Below are positions 1 through 10,704 of a DNA stretch of 64,000 bases, piece by piece. The stretch lies in contig NC_088802.1 of NCBI RefSeq assembly GCF_011386835.1, forward strand, positions 9,176,001 to 9,240,000, given 5' to 3'. Each line of letters begins with the position of its first letter. Within the stretch, counting starts at the first letter, position 1. The notes beneath the pieces were generated by a model. It was not told the DNA's origin, did no database searches, and worked only from the letters and a program-made list of their open reading frames with translations. The stretch is from Chrysemys picta bellii (lineage: Eukaryota). Position numbers and translations under genes: made by a program.

Positions 1-130
1 TTGTAACAGCCTTTTATGTATTTGAAAATTGTTATCATACCCCCTCTCAGTCTTCACTTTTCCAGACTAAACAAACCTATTTTTTGTCAATCTTCCCTCA
101 TAGGTCATGTTTTCTAGACCTTTCATCATT
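1..130 (-). mobile_element. CR1 LINE fragment
   Basis: 'tatcatacccctctcagtcttc..ttccagactaaacaaacc..tcataggtcatgttttctagacc' is the reverse complement of typical reptile CR1 ORF2 C-terminal sequence. Confidence 0.65.
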
Positions 131-134
131 TCAT

Positions 135-1125
135 CAATGACCTGGGGCGGATGGGTATGGGGCAATGGAATAAATGGACAATGACCTAGTGTAGAAGGCT
201 ATGAGGCACTGGACTAACTGGACAATGCCTTGGTGTAGAAGGGTATTTAGTACTGGAGAAACTCCACAATGAACTGGTGCAGAAGGGGATGGGGTACTAG
301 AGTAACTGGAGAATGACCTGCTGCAGAAGGTTATGGGGTACTGAAGTATATCCTGGTGCAGAAGCGTGTGGGACACTGGAGTAACTGGAGAATGATCTGA
401 TGCAGAAGGGTATGGAGCTCTGAAGTAACTGGACAATGACCTGGGCACAAAAGGGTATGGGGTACTGGAGTATCTGCACAATAATCTGGTGCAGAAGGGT
501 ATGGGACACTGGAGTAACTGAACAGTGACCTGCTGTAGAAGAGTATGGGGTACTGGAGTAACTGTAGCAGGATCTGGTGCAGAAGGGTATGGGGTAGTGG
601 AATAACTGACATTGACCTGGTGCAGAAGGGTATTGGGGTTTGAAGTAACTGGACAACGGCCTGGTGCAGAAGGGTTTGGGGCACTGGAGTAACTGGAGAA
701 TAACCTGGCGCAGAAGGGTTTGGGGTACTGGAGTAACTGGAGAATAACCTGGCGCAGAAGGGTTTGGGGTACTGGAGTAACTGGACAATGGCCTGGCGCA
801 GAAGGGTCTGGGGCACTGGAGTAACTGGAGAATGACCTGGTGCAGAAGGGTTTGGCGTACTGGAGTAACTGGACAATGGCCTGGCGCAGAAGGGTCTGGG
901 GCACTGGAGTCACTGGAGAATGACCTGGCACAGAAGGGTTTGGGGTACTGGAGTAACTGGACAATGGCCTGGCGCAGAAGGGTTTGGGGCACTGGAGTCA
1001 CCAACCAATGGCCTGGCGCAGAAGGGTCTGGGGCACTGGAGTCACCAGCCAATGGCCTGGCGCAGAAGGGTCTGGGGCACTGGAGTCACCAGCCAATGAC
1101 CTGGCGCAGAAGGGTCTGGGGCACC
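135..1125. repeat. 44-bp minisatellite, about 22 copies
   Basis: Unit GGAGTAACTGGAGAATAACCTGGCGCAGAAGGGTTTGGGGTACT. 'ggagt' recurs at 686, 730, 774 and at 994, 1038, 1082 (44-bp period). More degenerate towards the left. Confidence 0.95.
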
Positions 1126-3626
1126 GGTCTGGGTGGCCTATGATCTGATGCCGAGAGATCCAGCCCCTGCCTGTGACAGAGGAAAGTTTGGGCATGGCTC
1201 AGTGCCAATTGTCCCGTTTAGACTCAGTGCCCCGAGACATCACATCCCAGGGCTCCTCATTAGGCTTTGGGATGCGTCGCGCTGGGCCTTGTTAGCGTCT
1301 CCGCTCCTGCTTCCAGCTGGAGGATCCAGCCATTGGGGCTCTGGGGGTTATTAAAAACACATTATGTTTGTGGTGCAGTCTCTGACGAGGCCCCTGGCGG
1401 GGCCATTAAAAAGTTTCCTGTTCGAGATTCAGAAGGGAATCTAAAAGTGAGTCCAAAGGGAGCCGAACACGAGCGAGTCCCACGTGCAGCAGGAGAGCTT
1501 TTGTGTTAATTTGAGTGGAATACGGGGACCCAGAGACTCACAGGTGTTAGCATGACCCTGCCAGTTGTACAACTCTAAGCAGTCAACCATGGTTCGGGGT
1601 TTTGAGGACGGAGACCTCAATCCCCTGGGCACAGCACTGGAAAATTCATGCCATGGTTGGAAATGTATTGAGTCAGACACACCGGAGGGAAAATAATTTC
1701 AACTCAAGATATGCATCAGTTTGAATCTGCCATTGGCTGGTGAGGCGAAACTAACGTAACCCAAACTTTTCCAAGGGCCTTTTTCAGAGAGGATATTGAT
1801 TAGACGCTTTTATTTTGTCAAACAATCCCTGGTACGGTGGAAGAAAGGGTTGGAGATCAGTTGACGGCCGTGACTGGTGATTCCCTTTCCTGCCTTTAAC
1901 AAAGCAGAAGGATACAAGAGGAGAAGAGAGACCATAGCGGGGCAGTCCAGCTTTTCTTCATCTCAGGTGGCTGGTCAGTCTTACACAGATATGACTCCCA
2001 TGGGGTTGGGCACCTAAATGTCTTTGAGGATCTGACCCAAAGTGTCAAACATCTAAGGGTACAGCTGCGTCTCAGAGCTCAGGTCTATGCACTTGGGCTC
2101 GGACTAAAAATACCTGTGGAAACGTGCGGCCTCGGGTTCTGAGTCTTGCTGCTGTGGGTGTCTACTTGGCATGTAGACATACCCTGATAGCTGTCTAGAT
2201 CCTAATGCTGGGACTTGTCTATCCGCTCAGTCCCCTCCTATTCCACTGGGCTGATCGAGCTCTTTACTTAGCCTTCTGGCCTAGCTAGCTACATTGCAGC
2301 CAATACAGAGAGCGCTGTGAATGAAGTCTAGATGGGGACACATTTATTAACTTAGGAGCTCAGGGTTCGAGTTGGAGAGGCGAGGATGGCAGGGCAAAGT
2401 CAGTGGTGCCAGTTCAGCCCGGCGACATTAGAGCATAAAGGGAAGATTTATCACAGGCGACAATGGGCGGAGAGTCAGGAAATCCAGCGTCCCATTAGCC
2501 TGGTGACCCCGAGACCTGGACGCGGCTCCTCAAAGGCATTGAGGCTCTTAACTTCCATCGAAATCAATGGTTAGCGCCCCGCATGTCCTATGAGTCAGGT
2601 AGGGCTCATAATCTCCGTTTGCTGGCTGAGCTCAACCTGATGGCATTTCCCTGTCCCTGTCCTTTCTGAACACGGCTCCCGGTCGACTCCAAGACGTCAG
2701 GGGATGTTCTGGGCATCGCTGGGCAGAAGCCGATTTGTTTGGGGGAAATTCGGAAAACCAGAAGGGGAGAAACGGGGGATACGTGGAGTCCCTGCCGTGT
2801 GTTTAGCACAGTCACAGCTTCAAGCATCTCTTCAGTTGTCTAGAGAGCAAAGAATTGGTTGGTGACACCCACTAATGCTTCCCGGCCTGACCATGTGGAC
2901 CCCCTGAATGAATTGTCTCCGAGACAGAAAGAACAGAAATAATAATGGTGGAGGAAGTTGGGCACACAGAGCCATGGGGAGGGGGGAATGACAGGCAGTG
3001 CAGAACAGGGGTGTGCAGGGATACAGGGAGAATGGGGGAGCCTGAAATGTGGGGAGGAGGTAACGGGGGAGACACAGAGCCCCTGGCGTGAGTTGCAGGG
3101 AGTCCCTGAAACAGGGGGAGAGGAGAGGGGTACACACAGGGAGCTTGTGGGAGGGAACGGAGGGAGCCCCTGGTGGGAGCAAGGACCTCAGCCTGCACAA
3201 GCCGTGAAGTGTGTCAATGCCTAGGACAGAGGAGGAAACTGAGGTGCAGGGTGGTTAAGTGACTCGCCCAAGGTCAAACAGCAACTCTGTGGCAGGACCA
3301 GGTTTAGCGTCCAGGACGAATATGCTGCTCTAACTCATCAGACCCCACTCCCACCCCCCAGAGCTGGGATAGAACCTGGCTCCCAGCCCACTAGACTCCA
3401 CTCCCCTCCCCTCCCCATTGACTAGCTGCCCCTGCAGGGAGGATAAAAGGGTCTAGCAGCAGGCCAGCTCTTCCATAGGTCAATTGTTCCTGTGTGTTTA
3501 GTGCTGCGGGACAGGGGTTCTAGTCCTAGCTCCCCAGAAGTGGGTGTAGCTGGGATTCCAGTTCCTGACTGATCAGTGGGGATTCCCAGGGCGGCTTTGC
3601 CACTGCCATCCACCCCCTGGTTTGTG

Positions 3627-3900
3627 TAGGGCTACCATATGTCCAGATTTCCCCGGACAGGTCCGGCTTTTCGATCTATAAATAGCCATCCGGGGGGGAT
3701 TTCCTCCGGGTCGGCTATTTATAGATCAAAAAGCGGCGCTTCTCGGCTCCCCCCCCATCCCCTGCAGCCTTAGCACACCCCCGGCCCCGCAGCTGTCTTC
3801 CCCCATCTCCCCTCCCCTGAACGCTCCGTCCCCCTGCTCCTCCCGCTTCCCGCGAAGATCTGGATCAGGCATGGGAGTCCCAGGGGTCTGTCTGGGGGCA
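3627..3900. mobile_element. Partial hAT (Blackjack-like) MITE
   Basis: Starts TAGGGCTACCATATGTCC, a TIR like the next element's. Shares 'gggagtcccaggggtctgtctggggg' with 4923-4947. No right TIR found. Confidence 0.55.
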
Positions 3901-3969
3901 GGTTCTGTGCTCGGGGAGGCAGCTCCTCCTTATCCAAGCGTCCAACCCATTGCGCCCAATCCTCAGTGC

Positions 3970-5184
3970 TAGGGTTACCATTCGTCCGGATTTACCCGGA
4001 CATGTCCTCCTTTTTGTTCTAAAAATAGCGTCCGGGGGGAATTTGTAAAGCACTCAAAATGTCCGGGATTTCCCCCCTCCCCCGGCAGAGCAGAGCGACT
4101 GGCTGGGAGGGCTGCAGGAAAGTCCCGGGCTGGACTCCGGAGCAGCTGTAGAGGAGCCGGATCTGCCCTGCATTCTGAGCTGGCAGCTCTCCCCTGCAGC
4201 CCGGCTCCGGCAGCACTGTGCAGGGCCAGGGACCGGGTTTTGTTGTGCTGGGGAGCGCAGCCACGTGTCCGGCTCGGCTCGCACAGAGCCCAACACCCTG
4301 TTCTGAGCAGCAGGGTAAGGGGGCCAGGGGGCAGGAGAAGGGGCAGGGAGGTTCTGGAGGGGGCAGTCAAGAAACGGGGGGGGGGCTTTTTGGGGGGAGT
4401 GGAGAAAGTTTTGGGCAGTCAGGGTACAGGTAGGGGGTAGGGTCCTGGGGGGCAGTTGGGGGGGGTCTTAGGAGGGGGCAGTCAGGGGACAAGGAACAGG
4501 GAGTCTTAGGTAGGGGGTGGGGTTCTGGAGGGCAGTTAGGAGCAGGGGTCCCAGGAGGGGGCAGTCAGGGGACAAGGAGCGGGGGGGTGGGGGGCTGGGA
4601 ATTCTGGGGGGGAGCTGTCAGGGGGCAGGAGTGGGGAGAGGGATCGGAGCAGTCAGGGGACAGGGAGCAGAGGGGTTTAGATGGGTTGCGAGTTCTGGGG
4701 GGGGGGGCTGTCAGGGGGCAGGAGTGCAGAGAGGGATCGGAGCAGTCAGGGGACAGGGAGCAGAGGGGTTTAGATGGGTTGGGAGTTCTGGGGGGGGCTG
4801 TCAGGGGGCAGGAGTGCGGAGAGGGATCAGAGCAGTCAGGGGACAGGGAGCAGAAGGGTTTAGATGGGTTGGGAGTTCTGGGGGGGGGCTTTCAGGGGGT
4901 GGGGAGTGGTTGGATGGGGCGTGGGAGTCCCAGGGGTCTGTCTGGGGGTGGGGGTGTGGATAAGGGTTGGGGCAGTCAGGGGACAAGAGGCAGGGAGGCT
5001 TAGATAGGGAGTGGAGTCCTGGGGGGCAGTTAGGGGCAGGGGTCCCAGGAGGGGGCAGTCAGGGGACAAGGAACGGGGGGAGGGTTGGGGGTTCTGGGGG
5101 GGCGGGAAGTGGGAGGGGCAGGGGCGGGGCTAGGGCGGGGCTCCTCCCGTCCTCTTTTTTGCTTGCTGAAATATGGTAACCCTA
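3970..5184. mobile_element. Non-autonomous hAT (Blackjack-like) element with 8-bp TSD
   Basis: TIRs TAGGGTTACCAT...ATGGTAACCCTA; perfect TSD CTCAGTGC at 3962-3969 and 5185-5192; G-rich internal tandem repeats. Confidence 0.9.
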
Positions 5185-5185
5185 C

Positions 5186-6340
5186 TCAGTGCAGATCAGA
5201 GAAGACACTCGAGCCCTTCGTCTGAGCCTCGATCTCTTCTCTCGGAAGCACCAGGTCCTTCGTGAGGTCCCTCTGCTCCTCCTCCGAGCTGACCGGCCGG
5301 TACCCAAAGACCTCCATGGCCGGCTTGCAGATCTCCTGCACTTTCTGCACCTGGTGGAAGCTAAGCTGGTGCCCCCAGGCCTGTGAGACCTTGCTGGCAT
5401 CCCTCCGCACTGCGAGGACCTCGGGGTCCTGAGGCCCAGACCAGTGGGTGATGTTGTGCACCCAGGCCTCGAGCCAGGGGGAGGAGGCCAAGCCGGTATA
5501 GTGGTACCACTCGGCCACCTGACCCACTGGATCCCGGACCAGGTCTTTGTAGCGTGTCAGGAGGTAGCGTCCACGCAGGGCAGGAGGTGGGTGGCGCAAG
5601 GCGGCCAGGTACATGCCGGCTTGGCTGTGGCAGACTTTGCGCATGACCAGGCGGGCGTTGGGCGTGGCATTGTGGGCCCGACTGATAAGCAGGTCTTCCA
5701 GGTAGAGCGAGATATGCTGGCGGGAGGCATAGACGGCCCGGGGGTCCCGCACCAGGTGGATGATGCGGAGGTCGAGGGCCGGGTCGGCCAAGAGCGGGTA
5801 AAGTGCCTCCAGCTGGAAGAACCTGACGACCTTCAGCGCCACATGGCTGTAGGTGATGCAGGCCTCTGCCGCCTTCCCGAAGGGGCTGGGGTCGCAGTAG
5901 GCCTGGCACTCCACCGGCCTCACAATGTCCCCGCGCTGGAAGGCCTCGCAGGCGGGCGGAGAGCAGAGGGCCCGACTCATGGGCCACATGAAGATCTGGG
6001 ATGCCCAGTGGGGCTGATGCCCAAAGTCCTGCAGCGCGGCCATCTCACACCGGAAGAGGGTGTGGAGCAGGTTCCGAGCGGGCCCCTGCAGCAGCTCCGG
6101 GCTGCCTCCGGGCAGGTGGTACCAGACATGCTTGGCTGGCTCCATCAGGTAGAAGACGTCGGGGTGCTGGCTGAAGAGTTGGCCGGCAAAGGTGGAGCCC
6201 GAGCGCCAGCTGGAGAGGAGGAGTATGTGGGTCCTGCCGGGAGGAGGTGGCACGGCGCCGTGCCAGCAGCCCAGCCAGAGGAGCAGGAGCGTGGACGAGA
6301 GCAGGAGCAGCAGGCGCTGGGTGGTGACTCTGGTGAACAT
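5186..6340 (-). CDS. Carbohydrate (GlcNAc-6-O) sulfotransferase, CHST4/5/6-like, 384 aa, single coding exon
   Basis: MFTRVTTQRLLLLLSSTLLLLWLG (type II TM anchor); 5'-PSB motif SSWRSGSTF; FYLMEP; 3'-PB motif IIHLVRDPRAV..SR; C-terminal GYRPVSSEEEQRDL..DLVLPR as in CHST6. ATG at 6340 follows a splice acceptor (..ttctgtctgcggtAG, exon start about 6359). The ORF track's 89-aa upstream extension is intronic/CR1 sequence. Confidence 0.93.
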   Translation of the reverse strand: MFTRVTTQRLLLLLSSTLLLLWLGCWHGAVPPPPGRTHILLLSSWRSGSTFAGQLFSQHPDVFYLMEPAKHVWYHLPGGSPELLQGPARNLLHTLFRCEMAALQDFGHQPHWASQIFMWPMSRALCSPPACEAFQRGDIVRPVECQAYCDPSPFGKAAEACITYSHVALKVVRFFQLEALYPLLADPALDLRIIHLVRDPRAVYASRQHISLYLEDLLISRAHNATPNARLVMRKVCHSQAGMYLAALRHPPPALRGRYLLTRYKDLVRDPVGQVAEWYHYTGLASSPWLEAWVHNITHWSGPQDPEVLAVRRDASKVSQAWGHQLSFHQVQKVQEICKPAMEVFGYRPVSSEEEQRDLTKDLVLPREEIEAQTKGSSVFSDLH

Positions 6341-6502
6341 CCTGCCCTGGTGGCGGAACCTACCGCAGACAGAACGAGGCTTAGTAGGGGCACATCCCCT
6401 CATCCCTCTCCTCCCCCAGAAGCCTCTTGGGCAGAGCCCTGTGTTGTCATGTAATGGACACCACCTTGGCCGATGAACAGGGGACTGACTGGGGAACCTC
6501 CG

Positions 6503-6640
6503 TACATAAGAACGGCCATACTGAGTCAAACCAAAGGTCCATCTAGCCTGGTGTCCTGTCTTCTGACAGTGGCCAGTGCCAGGTGCCCCAGAGGGAATGA
6601 ACAGCACGGGCGCCCATCAAGTGATCCATCCCCTGCCGCC
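6503..6640 (-). mobile_element. CR1 3' end fragment
   Basis: acataagaacggccatactgagtcaaaccaaaggtccatctagcc is the reverse complement of the turtle CR1 3' tail (..ttcttatgt). Confidence 0.8.
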
Positions 6641-6777
6641 CAATAGGTCCAATAGGGGCAGGGAGGGGGCAGAGTTGGGGCGGGGACTTTGGGGAAGGGG
6701 TTGGAATGGGGGTGGGACGGGGTCAGGGGCGGCGGGACACGAGCACCCACTGGCACCGGGGAAAGTTGGTGCCTATG

Positions 6778-9130
6778 ACTTCAGCGCCACTGCCAGAGAT
6801 GGTTGCGTCGACTCCTGCCCCTGTGGTCGAGTCCGGACCCTTCTCGCTCGCCCAGGCCGAGCCGACAGCTACACCTCCTGTCGACCCTGGAGGTGTTTGA
6901 GGCCGCACGGGGTCTGTTCCAGCTCACGGCACCGTTCCCCCCACCTAGCCGGGAGAGGTCGCCGGCACCAGTCGCTTCCCCGGCACCGTCAAGGGGAAAG
7001 CCCGCAATGATGCCCTCGCGGTCTCCATCCCCGGTGCACCGCTCCCCTGAGCCAGAACAGGGTCAGTAGCCTCATTGGTCCCCAAGCCCTCGGTGTGGGC
7101 CCTCGGCACCTCGCAGTACCACTCCTCCCTCGTCCTCCTTTTTGGAGACCTTGGAGTCAGACTCCTATCGATCGCATTGGAGCAGAAATAGACGGTCCAG
7201 ATCATCACAAGACTGGCACCGTGGCCCGCGCAGTGGCAGTCCCCAGCATAAATGGCTTTTGGACTCCCTGGGCCTTCACCAAGGCCAAGGGCGGAGCCAC
7301 GGGTCGCATTCCAGGGTGGCAGCGGTAGCCTCGGCCACTTTCGTACCGCTTCCGGCATTGTCGGCATTGGCAGGATCGGGGGTAGCTCCATTGCTCTCTG
7401 TTGCCACCATCGCAACCCCTGTGGCACCGGCGGCAGCTACGCCAGTCCCAGAGGTAACAGCGCTGATGTCCTCGGCACCGACAGCTCCAACACCATTGGT
7501 TCTGGATTGAACAACTTCGCCAGCGGCGGCCTCTGCAACGATGTATACAGCTCCGGCACCGAGGGCCATGGCACCATCCACGTCAGCTCCAGCCCCGGAT
7601 ACCCAAGCGCTGCGGGACCCCTTGGGCATAGAGGGAAGAGAGCAGCCACCCCTTGCGGCGGTCTCTTCCTCCTCCTCTCCAGATGAAGCGCTGGCAGGCA
7701 CTTTGGTAGCCCTGGTCCTGGAGGACAACAGGGTCCTACAGCAATTGCTGAGGAGGGTTTCCCAAGGCCTGGGCATTCAGGCGGAGGAGGTAGTGGAGGA
7801 CGCAGATCCAATGGTGGACATCCTCGCCCGCTCCTGACCGGCACGTATTGCCCTACCCCTCATAAAGACCATTGCCGACACCACAAAAACCTTATGGCAG
7901 ACCCCGGCTTCGTTGCCCCCTACGTCTAAACGCAATGAAAGATGCTATTTTGTGCCATCCAGGGGCTATGAGCACTTGTATACTCATCCTCCACCAGATT
8001 CCTTGGTCATGGATGCTGCTAACCAACGTGAGCGCCAGAGCTACCAAGGCCCCTTCCCCAAAGCAGAGCTGGTGCCGCAGGACTCCTGTGCCGATTCTTG
8101 GCCCTGGTGGAGGAGGGCAAGCTCATTTCCCGAGCTTCTTTGCAGGCCGCTCTGGATGGGGCTGATGCGTCCACTCGGATGATGTCTACTGGGATTGCCA
8201 TGAGAAGGAGCTCCTGGCTCCAGGTATCAGGTCTGCCATACGAGGTCCAGCAGACCATTCCGCATCTCCCCTTTGAGGGTGTGGGACTCGATTTTCTGAA
8301 AAATTGGATAAAAGGCTACATAGCTTAAAAGTCTTGCGAGCCACCCTCAAATCGCTGGGCCTCCACACTCCCGCCACACAGCAGAGGCATGTTAGGCCGC
8401 AACCTCCTCCGTGGTTCTACCAACCACACAACCGGCAGGACGGCTTACGGAGGAGAAACAGGAGCGGCAGGAAGAGGCCGCACCCATCCTCAGGCCAGGG
8501 CTCTGGACTGTCCAAACTTTCATCCGGACAGAAGCAGGCCTTTTGAAGGGGCAAACAAGGACAGTGCACCAGCACTTGGACTGGATCCAACCTGCCTTAC
8601 CTTCTCCTCCCGACTATCCCCTTTCTACCCTGCATGGGCCCGTATCATGTCAGACCGCTGGGTGCTCTGCATGGTAGAGAGGGGATACTCCTTCCAATTC
8701 TCTGCCCTCCCGCCCTTCCACCCCACTTCCTCATCCCTCTTTAGGAACCCTTCTCACGAGCAGCTGCCGCACTCGCTCCTATTGCTTGGGGCAGTGAAAG
8801 ATGTACCTCAGGAGCTGAAGAGCAAGGGGTTCTATTCCTGGTATTTCCTAATAACGAAAGCCAAAGGTGGGCTCAGGCAGAAGTGCCAGCAGTTTTGCTC
8901 CTTCCTGAATCACAACTCAAGCTCCATCGCAGATGCGTTCCTCCTCCCATGGGGAGGCCGCCTTCTCTACGCGTTCCCACCCATCTCTCTCATTCACAAG
9001 GTGCTTCTCAAGATACAGAGGGAACAAGCTTTGGTGATATTGATAGCTCCAGTCTGGCCCTGCCAACACTGATACACATCTCTCCTGGAAATGTCCATGG
9101 AAGCGCCAGTTACCTTGCCGCTTGTTGGTT
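6778..9130 (+). mobile_element. DIRS1-like tyrosine-recombinase retrotransposon remnant, internally deleted
   Basis: Gag/LAP2alpha-like pieces (VLQQLLRRV..LGIQAEEV; LWQTPASLPPT..R.YFVP..GYEHLYTHPPPDSLV), RT start (DRWVL..VERGY; GFYS.YFL..KAKGGLR) joined directly to the downstream methyltransferase-like region (DAFLLPW..LLYAFPP..LIHKVLLKI..EQALVILIAPVWP). Frameshifted. Confidence 0.85.
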
Positions 9131-9554
9131 TGTTTTGTGCCAATTTTCAAGGGTTCAACTTATTGTCCTGCTTCCAGATGGGAGAAAGTTTCAAAATCGA
9201 AAAAAATGTCATGAAATGGGAAAACGGTTTCCTACCCATCTCTGTTCTCCAGTGTGTGCGTGCCCTGCTCGAGGTGGCATTGGTCTGTGTGAGTTATGTG
9301 AGTGGAGTAGACACTGAATTCCTACCCAAATGCCCCTCACTTTACAGCGGTTCTCAGCCTTTCCAGGCTACTGTCCCCCTTTCAGGAGGCTGATTTGTCT
9401 GGCGTACCCCAAGTGTCACCTCACTTAAAAATGACTTGCTCACAAAATCAGAGTTAAAAACACAGAAGTGTCACAGCCACTGTTACTGAAAAAGTGCTGA
9501 CTTTCCTGTTTTTACCATATAATTATTAAGTAAATCAACTGGAATATAAACATT

Positions 9555-9735
9555 CATAGAATATCAGGGTTGGAAGGGACCTCAGGAGATCATCTAGTCC
9601 AACCCCCTGCTCAAAGCAGGACCAATCCCCAGACAGATTTTTACCCCAGATCCCCAAATGGCCCCCTCAAGGATTGAACTCACAACCCTGGGTTTAGCAG
9701 GCCAATGCTCAAACCACTGAGCTATCCCTCCCCCC
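9555..9735 (-). mobile_element. tRNA-derived SINE with CR1-like tail (tortoise Pol III/SINE type)
   Basis: Minus strand GGGGGAGGGATAGCTCAGTGG (A box)..GAGTTCAATCC (B box), followed by a CR1 3' tail ending ..ttctatg. Confidence 0.9.
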
Positions 9736-9791
9736 ATTGTACTATATTTCAGTGTATAGTCTATAGAGCAGTATAAATAAGTCATTGTCTG

Positions 9792-10469
9792 TGTAAGGGG
9801 TCGGACTCACCCCTGCGACGCCTCGTCTGGTCGTCTGGGGAATCAGCTCTGTCCAGCCCGGAGCGCCCTCTGCAGGCTGGTGATTCACCTTGTCCTTTGC
9901 ACTGGCCCCCGTGTCCCTCCCAGGACTCTGGTGCCCCTTGCTCTGGGTGCTGCCCCCTGGCAGTACCCACACTCACTGGGTCTCCCCTCCCAGGGGAACC
10001 CCCACCCACTAACCTCTACTTCGCCTCAGGATAAGGCCACTGCCAGCCACCAACTAGCCCCCACTCTCTGGGGCCGACTGCAGTATCAGCCACTCATCAC
10101 AGGCAAGGAGGGTTTGGACCTGCTGCCTTGGCCTACACCTGGGTTGCCCTCTGCAATCCCCAGTACCCCTTAGCCTTCTCCTAGGCCACAGCCTGGGGCT
10201 TTCCAGGCTGGAGCTCCCCAGCCCTGCTCCATTCAGGTACCCTGTGTCTAGCTCCCTGCAGCCAGGCCCTTCCCTCTCTAAGTGGAGAAAGAGAGTCTGT
10301 CTGACCGCCTGGCTCCCCAGCCTTTATAGGGCCAGCTGGGGCCTGATGGGGCGTGGCCCAGCTGTGGCTGTTTCCCCAATCAGCCCAGTAGTTGCTTCTC
10401 CCTGTAACAGCCTTCTCCCAGGGCTGTTCCAACCCCCTCAGGGCAGGAGCGGGTGTCCACCCCGCTACA
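9792..10469. mobile_element. Solo LTR (678 bp)
   Basis: TGTAAGGGG...CCCCGCTACA ends; perfect 5-bp TSD GTCTG at 9787-9791 and 10470-10474. Confidence 0.88.
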
Positions 10470-10540
10470 GTCTGTATGAGATTTTAGTTTGTACTGAGTT
10501 TGCTAGGGCTTTTTATGTAAATATGGAGATATACCTATCT

Positions 10541-10695
10541 CATAGAACTCTAAGAGACCCTGAAAGGTCATTGAGTCCAGCCCCCTACCTTCATTAGCAG
10601 GACCAAGTACTGATTTTGCCCTAGATTCTTAAATGGCCCCCTCAAGGACCGAACTCACAACCCTGGGTTTAGGAGGCCAATGCTCAAACCACTGA
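10541..10695 (-). mobile_element. Second tortoise-type SINE, 5' truncated
   Basis: aaatggccccctcaaggaccgaactcacaaccctgggtttaggaggccaatgctcaaaccactga, homologous to 9555-9735. Confidence 0.8.
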
Positions 10696-10704
10696 ACACT
10701 CGAA

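Larger units (their letters stand above)
9345..10530. mobile_element. hAT (Charlie-like) non-autonomous element interrupted by a SINE and a solo LTR
   Basis: Starts CAGCGGTTCTCAGCC. Sequence rejoins across both insertions (ggaatataaacatt/attgtac; gtcattgtctg/gtctgtatgag). Confidence 0.65.

Noticed and set aside
134-1143. Long ORFs of 180-276 aa in several frames
   Set aside because: Translation of a 44-bp minisatellite lacking stop codons; the peptide motifs rotate among frames.
1267-1680. Short ORFs after a plausible splice acceptor at 1317, and a fibrinogen-like-looking DCLELY peptide on the minus strand
   Set aside because: No recognisable domain in any frame and no supporting partner exon.
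2343-2348. Minus-strand AATAAA as the CHST poly-A signal
   Set aside because: Plausible but 2.8 kb from the stop codon, and hexamers occur by chance; needs transcript data.
4517-5069. Gly-rich ORFs
   Set aside because: Low-complexity G-rich interior of the hAT element.
5361-6454. 336-aa antisense ORF and 208-aa alternative-frame ORF over the sulfotransferase
   Set aside because: Expected shadow ORFs of a GC3-rich CDS; no motifs.
6341-6607. 89-aa N-terminal extension of the CHST ORF
   Set aside because: Runs through a splice acceptor and a CR1 tail; family homology starts at 6340.
9680-9735. tRNA-like sequence
   Set aside because: SINE head fused to a CR1 tail; no complete cloverleaf.
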